The notes under the pieces were generated by a model. The model had not been told where the DNA came from and made no database searches. It saw only the letters and a list, made by a program, of their open reading frames with translations. The translations under genes were made by a program, and so were the position numbers. A stretch of DNA of 64,000 bases from NCBI RefSeq assembly GCF_006345805.1, contig NC_043001.1:53754001-53818000 (forward strand). Reading direction: 5' to 3'. Of the stretch, positions 25,303 to 38,420 are shown piece by piece. How positions within the stretch are numbered: the first letter of the stretch is position 1; every line of letters begins with the position of its first letter. Source of the DNA: Octopus sinensis (Eukaryota).

Positions 25303-26080
25303 TCAAAGTGTGGGGGTTTAGTTCACAGGTGATCTAAATGATTAGGTGCGGTACGTAAATTACTTTAAATTCTTTAAATCCTTTTCATTTGGCTCTACTT
25401 TTATACCCTATATTTTTAACTCTATCTTCCTCTAACCCATCATCCTCTCTGTTATCTTCTCGGCTACCCCACAAACAGTTCTTAGACACCATACACATAT
25501 GCACATTACTGTATCATATAGTCAATCCTTAAAATCCCGCCTAACGCATTCTATGCACATTTCTTTCTATTTATTTTCTACTTTTTATTTTCTCCTTTTT
25601 CTATTTATTTTCTACTTTTACCAATTACCAGCCACTTCTGCTACCATTCTCTTATTGAACGTTGATATGTTCGCGTATTTTTCTTTGGTTGTCTACTATA
25701 TAAGGACGTTAGCCCAAATGGATATATGCAGGATTGCACCTAAAGACTTGCACTCATGGGTATACGCAGGATTGCAACTAAGGACTCGTACTTTGGTTTC
25801 TATAACTTCGGAAAGTTGAACTATGAACGTTTATGCCTCTCTTTTCTTTTCTCTTTCCATATCCTTATTCTTTTACCCCTTTCACTATGTTATCATTTTA
25901 TTGATATATACCATTTTCATATTCCATATTTTCCCCAAATTTGTCTCTGATGACAAAATACCCCGTACTCTAAGATATCCTAGAAACAGCTGCAAGAATT
26001 TTGAATTTCTGCCTGTAATAATATTGTATATGACTTAAGATGTTTGCTTTGCCTTAACGTCTCACGTCCTGTTTAACAGT
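25301..26080 (+). mobile_element. Pyrimidine-rich Penelope pLTR-like cassette between (TA)n tracts
   Basis: Bracketed by TA repeats, strongly C/T skewed, with a degenerate hammerhead at 25944-25997. Confidence 0.45.
25944..25997 (+). ncRNA. Degenerate type I hammerhead motif
   Basis: tct-CTGATGA-[29 nt]-GAAA-CAGCTG-CA-aga: helix I tct/aga, palindromic helix III; cleavage-site U replaced by C and helix II decayed. Confidence 0.5.
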
Positions 26081-26122
26081 TATATATATGTATATCTATA
26101 TCTATCTATTTATCTATCTATC

Positions 26123-26166
<44 letters not shown>

Positions 26167-27895
26167 TCTATATATATATATACAAGCACATGCATATATG
26201 GCTACGGACGTCTCCAACGGTGCAAATAACATGAAATATGTAAGCAACGAGAAAAAAATGGAAAGCAAGAGAAGTAAACACAGAGAAAAATTACCCTTCA
26301 TCAACAATATCAGTCTTCAAAGACAGTTACTCCCATAAATCCTAAAATAAAATTTAGGATTTATGTAGGGTTCAACTTGGGACCAAAATCATGAGAGTGG
26401 TGACAACACAAGGAAACCGAAAGTAAACAAACAATCACTTCAAAGTTGATTTTTTGAAGAAGTAGAAACAGTGTTACTTTGAAATGTTCCCATAAATATG
26501 GACAAACATTTAAATATTCAATAGAAAATAATACCTTAATATCTTAATTATAATTGTTGTTTCTATAATATAATAAGCATATTTTTCTAAATTTTTAACA
26601 TGTAAATAGTTAGATAACTGAATGTCGTTACGTAGAATTTCTGCTTAGTCTTTTATTGCTTAGGTATCTACTGATACTAATTTATCTGCAGATTTGATGG
26701 TAAACGTTTACCACTGAAATATTCAAATTCCTAACATATGCTGGAAGGAAATACTTGCTTAAACATTAAAATTCACATCAGATTGAAAGCTTATTATGGT
26801 GGGTTTTTAATTGTAAATTGCGATGAAACATTTCCTACTAAATGCAATATTTTTGCCATTCAAATATATTTCAGCGGCCACTCGTTTTAACAACAATCAC
26901 ATTTTCTCCACAATTCGATTAGTCATTCATAACATAAATACATGTTCAGTACTTCACAATTCCCATTTTTAATTATTGAAATTACACTCATTTTATTAGT
27001 TAATTTTAAATTTCTAATCTTATTTCAGATGTTGTGTTTCAATTTAATCGCTTTATGGCATCTTTATAAATGACTGACTCTAAAACATTATATTTCTTAA
27101 TATACATTATTTTATTTTACACAGTGAATTTACATATAGCACGCACTATAATAACCCAAAGACTTCAAGAAATTTTGAATGACACAATACTCACTTAGAA
27201 AGTGTTAATTGCTCACTCCTGCATTCCATCTCCCCAATGATTGCTTATAATTCGGCCGATCATTTTTTCACGCCCTTTCTACTATTCGTTATCGACACCC
27301 AGCTACTCGTATTTACACTCCACCTAATCAAATTTTCTATTCATCCCTTTCTTTCTTCCTATGCATCCCTTCGATATGTTCTTCTCTGTATGTGTTTATT
27401 TTTCCTTTACCTTTTTCTTTAAAACCGTTCTATACTCCTTTTTCGTCGTCTAATACTTCTCATTTATCAGCCATTCTATCATGGTTCGCTTGACTACATC
27501 TCATATATTCTTTTTACATCATCTCACATTTTTCTTTCCACGTTCCAACTCATACATCATATTCTCTTCTACTACCTGTTCATTCTCACTTTCACCTGGT
27601 GTATTCGCCTACCTTATATTCGAAAGTTATTCATTCATGCCCTCATATTTCTAAGCGCCATATATTTCATTTTCGTCTATTCCAGTCTTATTTATAAAAC
27701 AACCTTCTCGCTTTTCGTCTAAATTGCAAATAAAACATTATTCACTTTAGAAGTGTATTTATTATTCTATCAAGGAAAGAAAGTTAAAACACTTTCACCA
27801 AAATATTACGTTTCGAATATCTATACTTGTCAATATGTGTGTGTACGTGCGCGTGTGTGTAAACACACGCACTTACACACATACTTGCAGGCATG

Positions 27896-27971
27896 CATAC
27901 ATACATACATACATACATACATACATACATACATACATACATACATACATACATACATACATACATACATC
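27896..27971. repeat. (CATA)n microsatellite
   Basis: Directly visible. Confidence 0.97.
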
Positions 27972-28039
27972 ATAAGAGCAGCATAGCCTAATGATCGATA
28001 ATTTCACTTTGCAAACATAAATTTCTGGTATGAAAAAAT

Positions 28040-28420
28040 AAATTTGAGTATCCCTGCTAAAGTCTATGCTGGATGTCTGGAGATGAGATGGAGGGAAATT
28101 TTCATGCCCAAGCTTGCTGAAAAATAATGTAGACTCCTCTGGACGCAGCACAACCTACCAAATATTAATCTTACAGCAGGTCAATGAGAATATTTCCAAG
28201 TAATGTACGCTTGCTTTATAGATCATGAAACGGCATACAATAGTGTGCTGCATGATATACTGTGAAGGAATAAGTGGAGATTGTGATTAATTGGCAACTT
28301 TGGTTGTTATAGTGTCCCTATACGAATTTCCAGGGTTTTGTGTTCGGGTAAATGACTTCGGCAGAGGTGCGTATTGCTACCTCTCTTTTTCGTTATTTTC
28401 ACGAACTGTGTTCCGAAGCG
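28040..28420 (+). mobile_element. Decayed RTE-clade RT fragment
   Basis: Manual translation: SIPAKVYA, GRSTTYQIL, MYACFIDHETAYNSV (cf. FIDLEKAYDSV), CVLLPLFFVIF (cf. QGCVLSPLLF). Confidence 0.7.
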
Positions 28421-30769
28421 AAATCGTTCTTCATGTAATATTCCAATAGCTGGGGGTTAGATCAATCGGCTACTATTTTTGACATCAAGATATATTTATA
28501 TTGGAATTTTAAATAACATAGGACCATTTCGTTCCACGTGGTAAGCCTGTATTTGAAAGCTTGGAGTTGTTTTACCAGATAATATAATAAAATGCAAAAA
28601 GACGTAAAATAAATAACCCTTTTTTCAGTGAAGCATATATTCCAATAGCAATACATCACCTTAAGCTAGTGAAGCATATAAATTAATTTTCAGAAATCTC
28701 TGGAGTTATTAATTGTTTTACTGAAAGTAATTAGCATAAAATATTATTTGCTTTTTGTATCACTAATGTTAAATGAAATAAAATTTTCGATATTTCATTA
28801 TTGAATATATCTCTTTTTATAAGATTATTTTCATTTTTCATTTACATTCATAAACTTCAATTATTATTTGCCTGTCAAATCTTACATAAATTGTTCAATA
28901 TTTTATTATTTCATTTCCTCATTGTATTGCTTAGAGCTGTATTAATATAGAATTTCGTCTACTGCCCTTGAAGATCTGGAATTACATACGAATTCCGAAA
29001 ATCCTCTAATTTATATTTTACAGTAGGTTCCGGGAATGACATTCAATACTATCATAGGACCAGTCTGTCTTAAAATTTCGCTAATGTGCATGGTACATTA
29101 TCCTTAGTGTGGCTAGTTGTAACACAGTGAACTAAAAAAATACTTCTAATTTAGGTATAGGTTTAAATGCAAACTAGCAGTTGGCTGTAAGTAGTAACAC
29201 AATTCACTGTAATTCGTCATTTTATAAAGTATTGTATTCAGTATCGTTATCAACAACACCTATGGAATATCTGAATAAACCTGATATCACTTTCCATTTT
29301 TCATAAACTGTTATAATATTTATCTATCTAATTATGGTTCTTAATGAAATATTTTATTTTATTATGACTGGAGAGGAATTATGCTTTACTTTGATAAACT
29401 ATAGAATTTTAATCATAAGCATATATTATTGAAGGAGAACATTTGTAAAAAGGAAGTAATCATGATAACTGTTGCCGGTGCCATAATGAGTTTGGAGTTA
29501 TATATTGATTGGGTCAAAATCTAATTTGAGGGATATATAAAGAAGGTAGAATTCTAACGAAATAATGGTTTCATTAATGACAAAGATTTTCATGAATGCA
29601 GAAGTGCATCAGTAACATCTAATCTAAAATTGATGCACGGTGACTCTATACGGCTTATTAATAAAGGCAAGAACATAGGAGACCAATTAAATAGAGAGGG
29701 TTGAAGAGAATGTTACGAAATCGCATGTATTCTCACAACTATTCATTCCTGATGGCCACTAAATTAATTCAAATATTATTTCACAGAAACATAGTATTAC
29801 AGAATGTTTATCGCCATATACTACAGAAGACTTCACTAATATCTGTGGACATAATTATCCTGCAATTTCTAAACGCGAATGGTTTTGTAGTAAGTTTCTC
29901 ATGTGCACTAATGTTTACTATGGCTTCATGAGTTTGTGATGCCTTGGTCACAAGCCATGACTTTCAATCCAAAGTTAAAATAGAAGTGTATATAGAGTTA
30001 AATACGTGTTCAATTACCTCATGTTTGTAGCGCAGCAACGATTAACCTGAATCAGTTTTGTTTTATGACATTTGTTTTAGAATATAATATGTTGAAACAA
30101 GTTACATACATTGGTTTACTTGAATGTGTAAGAAAACCAACTTCTATAAGAGTACAGTAAATTTAATTTATCCTAAAATATCGTTGCCACATATTCAATG
30201 TAGGATATGTAATGCTATCGCGGAGGAATTTGAAGATATGTAATTTGTAATTATAATATTTAACAAGGTATATAATGAGTGTAAATATGTTAATTTACAC
30301 TGCGCTGCATGCATTTTTTAAATAAATTTATTAATTCATTTTTTTACTATTTCCATTGTAATGACGTTACATATAACTATTAATTTTAAGATGAGCTAAT
30401 CTCTCTTAAAGTAGTCTTAATTAATGATATTTTACAATAAGATGCAAATGCAGAAGCTCTTAAAATTGTATAGAATATCTTTCAATAATGAATTTTCACT
30501 AATGAAGTTTAATTAGAGCATCCTTAAATTTGTCAATATTGGCGTATTATTAATCAATCAACTATTATGTAGAATTAATGAATAGTAATTAAATCGACAA
30601 AAATGCAATACCTCTCAAATAAATCTAACTACTCTTCTGTAGATTTTATGGAATTGTGTAATACGCAGTAGCGTCGAATCCATACATCTATGTATATGCG
30701 TATATATGTGTGTGTGTGTACATATATACCTATGTATATGAATATATCTGTACACGCATACACACACAC

Positions 30770-30838
<69 letters not shown>

Positions 30839-30929
30839 CGAATAATTGTCACATACATTTACAGATAAATTCCTCTATTTACATAATTACGAGATCGCCT
30901 TCATTCTCTTGTTGTCTTGCTATTTCTAT

Positions 30930-30994
<65 letters not shown>

Positions 30995-31007
30995 CTTATA
31001 CATGTAC

Positions 31008-31038
<31 letters not shown>

Positions 31039-31075
31039 CATATACATATATATATATATACATATATATATACTC
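30770..31075. repeat. (TA)n tracts
   Basis: Directly visible. Confidence 0.93.
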
Positions 31076-31987
31076 GCACACACACAAGTGTGCAAGTGTG
31101 TGTGTGTAGTTGCGTGTATATTTCATTCGCCTTATTCTGGTGTGAATTTCGCTTCTCTTACTGGTATATAATGTAAGGAAATAAACCAGGTGGAACTCCG
31201 TTCAGAGACGTGTGAATTGATTGTTGAGGATAAAATAAAATATGACAAAATTTTAAAACATTGAAGGTTATTGCACATTTGAATGGGAAAACTTACAATC
31301 TCAGTCACTGCAATCCATGTACTAAATACAGTGCGAATAATATGGCCGAAAAGGATCAAATTAAATATATTGTGTTACTGAAGACCAGTATGTTAAATAA
31401 AAGATTAAAATGATTCAACGAAAGGCAAGAGAAGATTACTAAATAAGATGTCTAAATCGAAGATTAAACCGTAAGTATTCAACACCACAAATAAAACCAA
31501 CAACCTCTGTACAGAGTAACTTATAAGAAGAGCGTTTTATAAGCTAAAGACATCTAAAAGTTCTTAAGTAGATATTGATAAAGTCACTGCCTATTACTAG
31601 CAAGTGACAGGATTCTGTGGTGCGATTATCTAGGTCACGCTGGTATACATATAGCAGTTGTACGGACATAAATACGGTCATATATACTGAAAGAGTAGCT
31701 GTGTAGAAATCATGAATGCCAGGGCTACGATCAATAAGAGTCTCGTATCTTCTATCTTCCATTTCTCTCATTAATCGAATACCCAATGAACACTGAGCCA
31801 GGGAACGTGCTTTATCGGGAAACTACTAGGTGTATACCATACGATTTATTAACTGATATATATCCGAAGTGTACAGTATTATATATCCATCAAGGCTAAT
31901 ACTCTACACTTCGGATGATATACCCTCTCTATTGACAGATATACGAAGGTATCTTTTTCCTGCCTTTAGAACAACTTACGTATGTAA

Positions 31988-32061
<74 letters not shown>

Positions 32062-33226
32062 TGTGTGTGTGTAAGCTACAAAGTTCAATTCTGACCATGT
32101 GTGTGTGTTTAGAAACACACCTACATATAATCTTCAGTCACACACGTATCTGCAACATAATCCAGCTTTCATTTTCTCTATAATTCACATTTTATATTTT
32201 ACTCCACCTATTATTTCGATATCACCTATTGTCACATGGATATTTAATTAGGTGATAAATACATGATAATTAAAATCGTAGTATATTATATAGCTTATAG
32301 ATTGAGATACTTATGTTATATAATTTGAGAAATATAGATTGTATGTGTTCATTCATATTTTCGTCAATTTTTATATAAATTGGATGTTGAGTTCCAATCA
32401 TGTTAATTGTTTAGTATAGTGAATACCTGACTTCTAATGATGTACATGTGTCTTATAAATTATATTGTTCACAGAATGCAAATTATCTTTATCATGTGAT
32501 ATCAGAGCAGCATTTCGATATATCTATAAGATAGCAACATGACGGTTTGAGTAGGATACCTAACATGGATTTCTATTCGCAACACTTCTGTTGCTTTGTG
32601 GAGTATAACATCGTATGTTTACTATATATACCCACATTAATTCACCATTCGCCTCATGGTTCAACATGCAAGTGCAACTGGCTCTTCAATATATATGCAA
32701 TTGTCGTCAATGATTTGTTTTAAATACTCAATTAAGTGTAATGCCACACAATTATTTTCATTCAGTATGTCGATTGAAAGAGATTCACACAAATGTTCAA
32801 ACATCGATGTCATTCTTAGTATTTGCTAACAAATATACTATGCTCAAATTATTTTTAACCACCGTAACGAGGACCATTTTGTAATGCTAAAGTAGCACAT
32901 GTTTAAATAGAGAAGAAAGCAGTTAATTACTAAGAGCAGCCATGAATATCAATTTTATTCAACCAAATTCTGTAATATCCTAAACGAACTGCAACGTTGG
33001 ATACAAGTAGCTGTCACGCCTGAATTTTGCCAATAGCCATATCGGATGCAACACATCCGTAATCCCACAATTTGATTTTGTAACAGAACATTGTTGTCTG
33101 GTAGTAGTAGAAAATGTTGATAATTGTTATATCTTCATTACAAGCTTGAAAGCAAGTGGCTTTCTAAGTATATCACTGGAAATTTAACATTTGAAAATAA
33201 AAGAGAATATTAGAGCTAATTAATAT

Positions 33227-33435
33227 TGATTTCAAATATTGGGACAAGGACAGGAATTTTCGGGGAGGATTATGTAGAGTAAACTGACCTCAGTACTCAA
33301 TTGGTACCTATTTTATCAACTACGAAACGATAAAATGCAATGTCGGCCTCAGCGTAATTTGAACTCAGAACGTAAACACGTACAAAAAGGTCAGTAAGCA
33401 ATATCCCGCGTACTAACAATTCTGCCAGCTTGCCT
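33227..33435 (-). mobile_element. Family B tRNA-derived SINE
   Basis: cagtactcaattggtacctattttatc...tttgaactcagaacgtaa...ttctgccagcttgcc is the reverse complement of the 42421-42626 type. Confidence 0.82.
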
Positions 33436-33989
33436 CGGTCCAGTTTGCGGATGTCACTAAAAGTTAATACTATCAATTTTTATGTGGCAATATAAGCCAC
33501 ATAGTAACGAATCAATTTTGAATATTTTATTTTCATTAATTAATAAAGAAATCCCTACGCACCTTCAAATCAAATAATTACGTATCTTTCACTACATGGT
33601 ACTGGAATCCATATGCAAACTACAAAACAACGCATGTCTATTCCACGATAATGACATCTGTACGGTAGACTATAAAAAAATATGAAGCTAAAGTTGATCA
33701 ATCTGTCCAATAATTTGAATAATTTACCCAAAGAAAAAGCAAAATGTCTGTATTTAGTAATACAAAAATCTATCAGGAAGAGGTTGTAGTTTTCTCAGGG
33801 TGCACCCACTGAATATAGCGAAAAGTGTATTTTAAATTTTGTTTTGCTTGCACGTATGTTGTGTTTGACTCTGGAGCTGATTTCTTGAATAGTGATGTTA
33901 CCTCCTGTACCAAAACACAAGCTTTATCACAACGATGTTGAGATAAAATACCATAACGTTGGTAGTATATGGTGTTTTGTCTCAGCCTC

Positions 33990-34560
33990 AGCTTAGAATT
34001 CCATTGGCTTTGTATGCATGTTGCTAATCACGCTAACCCACAAAGCTTTAATCAGCATAATGAAAATTCATGCAAAACTAATATTAGCGTCTGCTCAGTT
34101 CCATCGAGAAATATCACTCATATCATGGTATTCACCCACAAAAACACAGCAGACGAAGAAGTTCCCAATTCTTATCAGACTCTTTCCACATCAGTGACAC
34201 AAATACCAAAGCACAACGCTTTCATAATTGGATGTGATATGAATGCCTATCTCGAAAGATCTGTAACCTATAAATACGCATTCCAAACAACAACGAACAA
34301 AAATGACCAATATCTGACTGAAAGTCTTGAAAATCAGTTATAATGTCTAAATAACAAATTCCAAAAGAAACCAATCAAGCTATATACATCCACCGTTGTC
34401 ATTTGGGTCAGATTCACAACTAGATTATATGCTAATCAAAACGAAATAGATGAACAGCGCTTTAAACTCTGAGTATTTTGAAAGAATGTGCAGCGACCAA
34501 AAATTGTCAGATAAAAATTTCGCCTCAGACTTGGAGCTAAGATAACCAGATCAGTTTCCA
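33990..34560 (+). mobile_element. Decayed LINE APE endonuclease domain
   Basis: ORF 33969-34343 has QIPKHNAFIIGCDMNAYL (GDxNA motif); continues LNNKFQK and QLDYMLI. Confidence 0.75.
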
Positions 34561-35562
34561 GGCCAGCTTATGGCTGCTCAGAGTTAACAAACATCAGAAA
34601 AATCTGAAATCAATACACTTAAGTAGATAGAAACCCCTGAATATTTAATGACTTTCTGCTGTGAAGTGTTTTTTTCTATGAACTTAGTCTTGTTGTTGAC
34701 CATTCCAAAATCACTCTTCTTCATTATGTTAAATAAAGTTTATATCCCTTTTTTCCATATATCCCAGATATTATCCTTTAAATGGAGAGGAAGCCTTCTA
34801 GCCGGGTGTTCAATTTTTTTTTATATCAACATATCCTTCAAATCGTAATTTAAATAATGCACTTCTTATATATTGTGTCTGAGATATAGACTGATAAATA
34901 ACATGGATATTTTTTGTCATAGGTTTGCTCCAAAAATGATAAATAATTGCATCTCTTTGACAAGAGCAATATTCCGTATCTCATATCAAAACGAATAATA
35001 ACCCATTGATGGGAAGCATATTGACGTAAAGCTTAATTTATAAAAATGAATATATGTAATAAAACATATCGCTTACAAGTTAACGAGATCTAAATGCCAT
35101 AGGTTTCGAGGAAATAATTCAAGGCTATATGTAAAAAAATATATCAAAATGACAGCAATTATTTATTGATAAGTGAATCAAGTGTCATAATGCTTTAAAT
35201 GACCAGACATTAGAGACTATTTATAAATAAATTAGAAGAACCAGACTATATATATATATATAGTCTACGCAGTTTAACATTTGGTTGAGGAAGTTATTTG
35301 TAATAATCATATGATATAAACACGGACATCACACGATGTATATTACACTTCAGAAAGATTAGTTGAAAATAACTGAGATCGAACTGCTCAAAAATCAGTG
35401 AAGGACTATTATGTATGGAATTATTACAAATAAGTTTTACAAGGGAAAATAGTCCGTGGTAATGAACCAATACTGTTTTTCTGACGGCGAGTTACTTCTC
35501 TTTAGCTTCAGTCATGAAATGAATTTGTCCTCATGAATTTGTCTACTAACTTCAATCGATAA

Positions 35563-35566
<4 letters not shown>

Positions 35567-35640
<74 letters not shown>

Positions 35641-35641
35641 T

Positions 35642-35687
<46 letters not shown>

Positions 35688-35690
35688 CTT
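35567..35690. repeat. (CT)n-(TA)n microsatellite
   Basis: Directly visible. Confidence 0.95.
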
Positions 35691-35694
35691 TTAT

Positions 35695-35843
35695 ATATTA
35701 TTTCTTTCAATCATTATACGGCGCCTAAGCTGAGATGCTGCCATGAAGCATTTTATTCTAACAAATCTCTCCCAATGGCTACTCTTTGAATGCGTTATAC
35801 TTATTCGATTGTCTTTTGCAGAAGTGCTGTCGTATACTTATAT

Positions 35844-35913
<70 letters not shown>

Positions 35914-36040
35914 TAAAACAATACACACATGACATACATGTGCCTACGTGACGGGTTTCTTTTTAGTTTCTTTTCACTAAATCCACTCACTAGTGGCCTC
36001 GTTCTATAGTAGAAGTCGCCTGTCAGATGTGCCAATCAGT
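35695..36040 (-). mobile_element. Degenerate family A SINE split by an internal (TA)n
   Basis: gacgggtttctttttagtttc...aaatccactcac...ctatagtagaag matches 11123-11195. Confidence 0.6.
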
Positions 36041-36339
36041 ATGTTTTGTATGTGGCTAGATAAGAAGAGGAAACGCGTTTTGATATATTCATCGGGAGAG
36101 ATAATGGTGTTTAGTTCGCTGATCTCCCCAAGATTTATCCTGGATGCGCGCAAAGGCTGTATGCACACTGTATATGGTTGTTGAATTGGTTATACCAAGT
36201 AATATTAAAGCTAAAGTCAAAAAGAAGCTTTAAAATATCTTCGAAAAATCCTGTGGAAGGGTATAGTGATACATTTTATACAGTATATCCTAATTAGCTT
36301 TGTGAATCTCAGTCTTTCGATGGGCTGACCAACTCTACC

Positions 36340-37290
36340 GACAAACGAATATCGATTGATTATAACTACAAAGAAGGGAAGGGATAATTACCAAATACTG
36401 AAGACATTGGTAATACTGATAGACTGGCTCTGTAAAGTTATATCCTACAGAGTAAAGGACGAATATTATCTGTAACCAGAGACACGAAAAAGTGGCCGAA
36501 GCAGTTGAAAAATTTAAAGAGAAGAGGAAGAACAATAGTACAAACAAATGGAAAGAAATGGAACCACATGGCCAATTCATGCAAGGAACCACGGAATATG
36601 GAAGAAAAGATTGCTGGCTCTGGTTGACGGGCATAAGATTGAAACGAAAGGCAGAATCACTAATTATAGCCTGTCATAAAGAAGTTCTTTAAAAAGTCTG
36701 AGAAAGGTAAATAACAAAACTCAGCATACGTATAATCTGCAGAAAAGGCAACGAAAACACTGACCACCTTCTGAGTGAGTGAAGTATGCTATCACAAAAA
36801 GAGTATAAGTGCATGCATGACTGTGAAGGCAAAAGAGTGCTTTGCAGTACTAGAGGAGTGTGCGGATTAAAAACAACGGAAAATTGTGTATACATGAATT
36901 AGAATTTGCGATAGAAAAAGACAATGATGACATCATATTGGATTTTCCCATAAAGACTCACCATATTACTGAAGCAAGAGAAGAAGAAATCATCATAGAA
37001 TATGAAATAGACGGTGTAACATAATAGATTTTGCAAATACTTATGATGATAGAGTCGATAGCAAATAAATTGAATAACTTCAGAAATATCAGGATCTAGC
37101 CAGAGAACTGAGGATAGTGACGACGAAGACAACAACCATTCCTCTAATAATTGGGGCACTACGCACAACACCCCAAAAGGCTACCTAAAATACTGAAAGA
37201 GACTAGAATTTAAACTCGGATTGTCGACCTGGTGAAAAGTACTATGTTACGTACTGTAAGAATCCTAAGGAAGATGGTTGGGGTTTGAGA
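36340..37290 (+). mobile_element. R4/Dong-clade non-LTR retrotransposon 3' fragment (CCHC and restriction-like endonuclease region)
   Basis: WKEMEPHGQF...WLWL...LKRKAESLIIAC; IC..ENTDHLLS; YQDLAREL; PLIIGAL; RILRK; (AAC)/(AAT) repeats follow at ~37350. Confidence 0.85.
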
Positions 37291-37410
37291 ATGTTTTCAC
37301 GAATCATTATGTTAAAATACCTGCTAATAAAAATTAGCATTTACTAAAGTAACAACAACAGCAACAACAATAACAGCAAAAACAGCAACGACAACTATAA
37401 TAATAGTAAT

Positions 37411-37595
37411 TGCTTCAAATGTTAGCACAAGGCCAGCAATTTTGATGGAGAAGCTAAGTCAGTTACATTGATCCCAGTGAAAAACTGGTTCTTATTTTAT
37501 CGACCCCAATAAGAAGAAAGGCAAAGTCGAAAACGGCGGAATTTGAACTCAGAACGTAGAGGGGCACGAAATACAACTAAATAACTCTCCGCTAG
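37411..37595 (-). mobile_element. Family B SINE
   Basis: actggttcttattttatcgacccc...aaaggcaaagtcga...ggcggaatttgaactcagaacgta. Confidence 0.85.
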
Positions 37596-38229
37596 TATTT
37601 CTTCTTAAAAAAGAGAACATATGTGGTTGAATCAGACATGACTTTGTCGCTCAGTGAGATACACATTGATGATGCTGGAGCTAAAATTATCTAGCTCAAT
37701 AATTATGAACATTTTAGAAACGAGCAAGTCACTAGATATGTTTTTAAGTTTTCTTTTGCTACACTATCTTCTATTTGTTTATATTCAGATAGTTACATAA
37801 AAATGCACCCAGGTCTATAATAGCTAATTAAACATTAACGAAATATCTTAAATACAGTTTAAAATTTTACAAAATTTCCACGATGTGCAATTTTATACTT
37901 TATGCTTGCAAAATAACTGTTATAAGCGTGCGATTTTATTAAATTGTGACGAAAATAGTTATAATTCAAGAAATAGCTATAAAACTATTTTTTGCATTCT
38001 TAAAAAATCCCTCATTTATAGCATAATTGCTTCATTTGCAACACACTCTCACATGAAGTCGACTCCCAAAAGAAAAGTATGACTCCGAAATTAAATATAA
38101 TTCTGTCTTTAGTATTAATGTCAATATTAGAGTGGTAAGTGGTCAGATGGATGGAGGAACCAGCATTTGTGTTTTACTGAATTTCGCTTATATCCTTTGT
38201 TCAAAATATAACTCACTTTTCTATAGGGA

Positions 38230-38420
38230 AATCAAGCGAGTTATTTAGCAAAAGCACTAAAGTATTGTTAAAATATAGTATGCTATATTAAGTAATTCCC
38301 CCTTTACGTCCTGAGTTCGGATTTTGTTGATGTCCAATTTAGTGTTCCCCTTCTGACCGGGTCATAAAGAGAAGACAGTGCTGTCTACTTAATAGATCGT
38401 TCCTTGTCCCGAACATTTCT
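38230..38420 (+). mobile_element. Highly degenerate family B SINE
   Basis: ctttacgtcctgagttcggattttgttgatgtc...cgggtc.ataaa resembles 42485-42550. Confidence 0.45.

Noticed and set aside
31544-31786. Minus-strand ORF faintly like GIY-YIG (LYV...LDNRTTE)
   Set aside because: Key residues are missing; too weak to call
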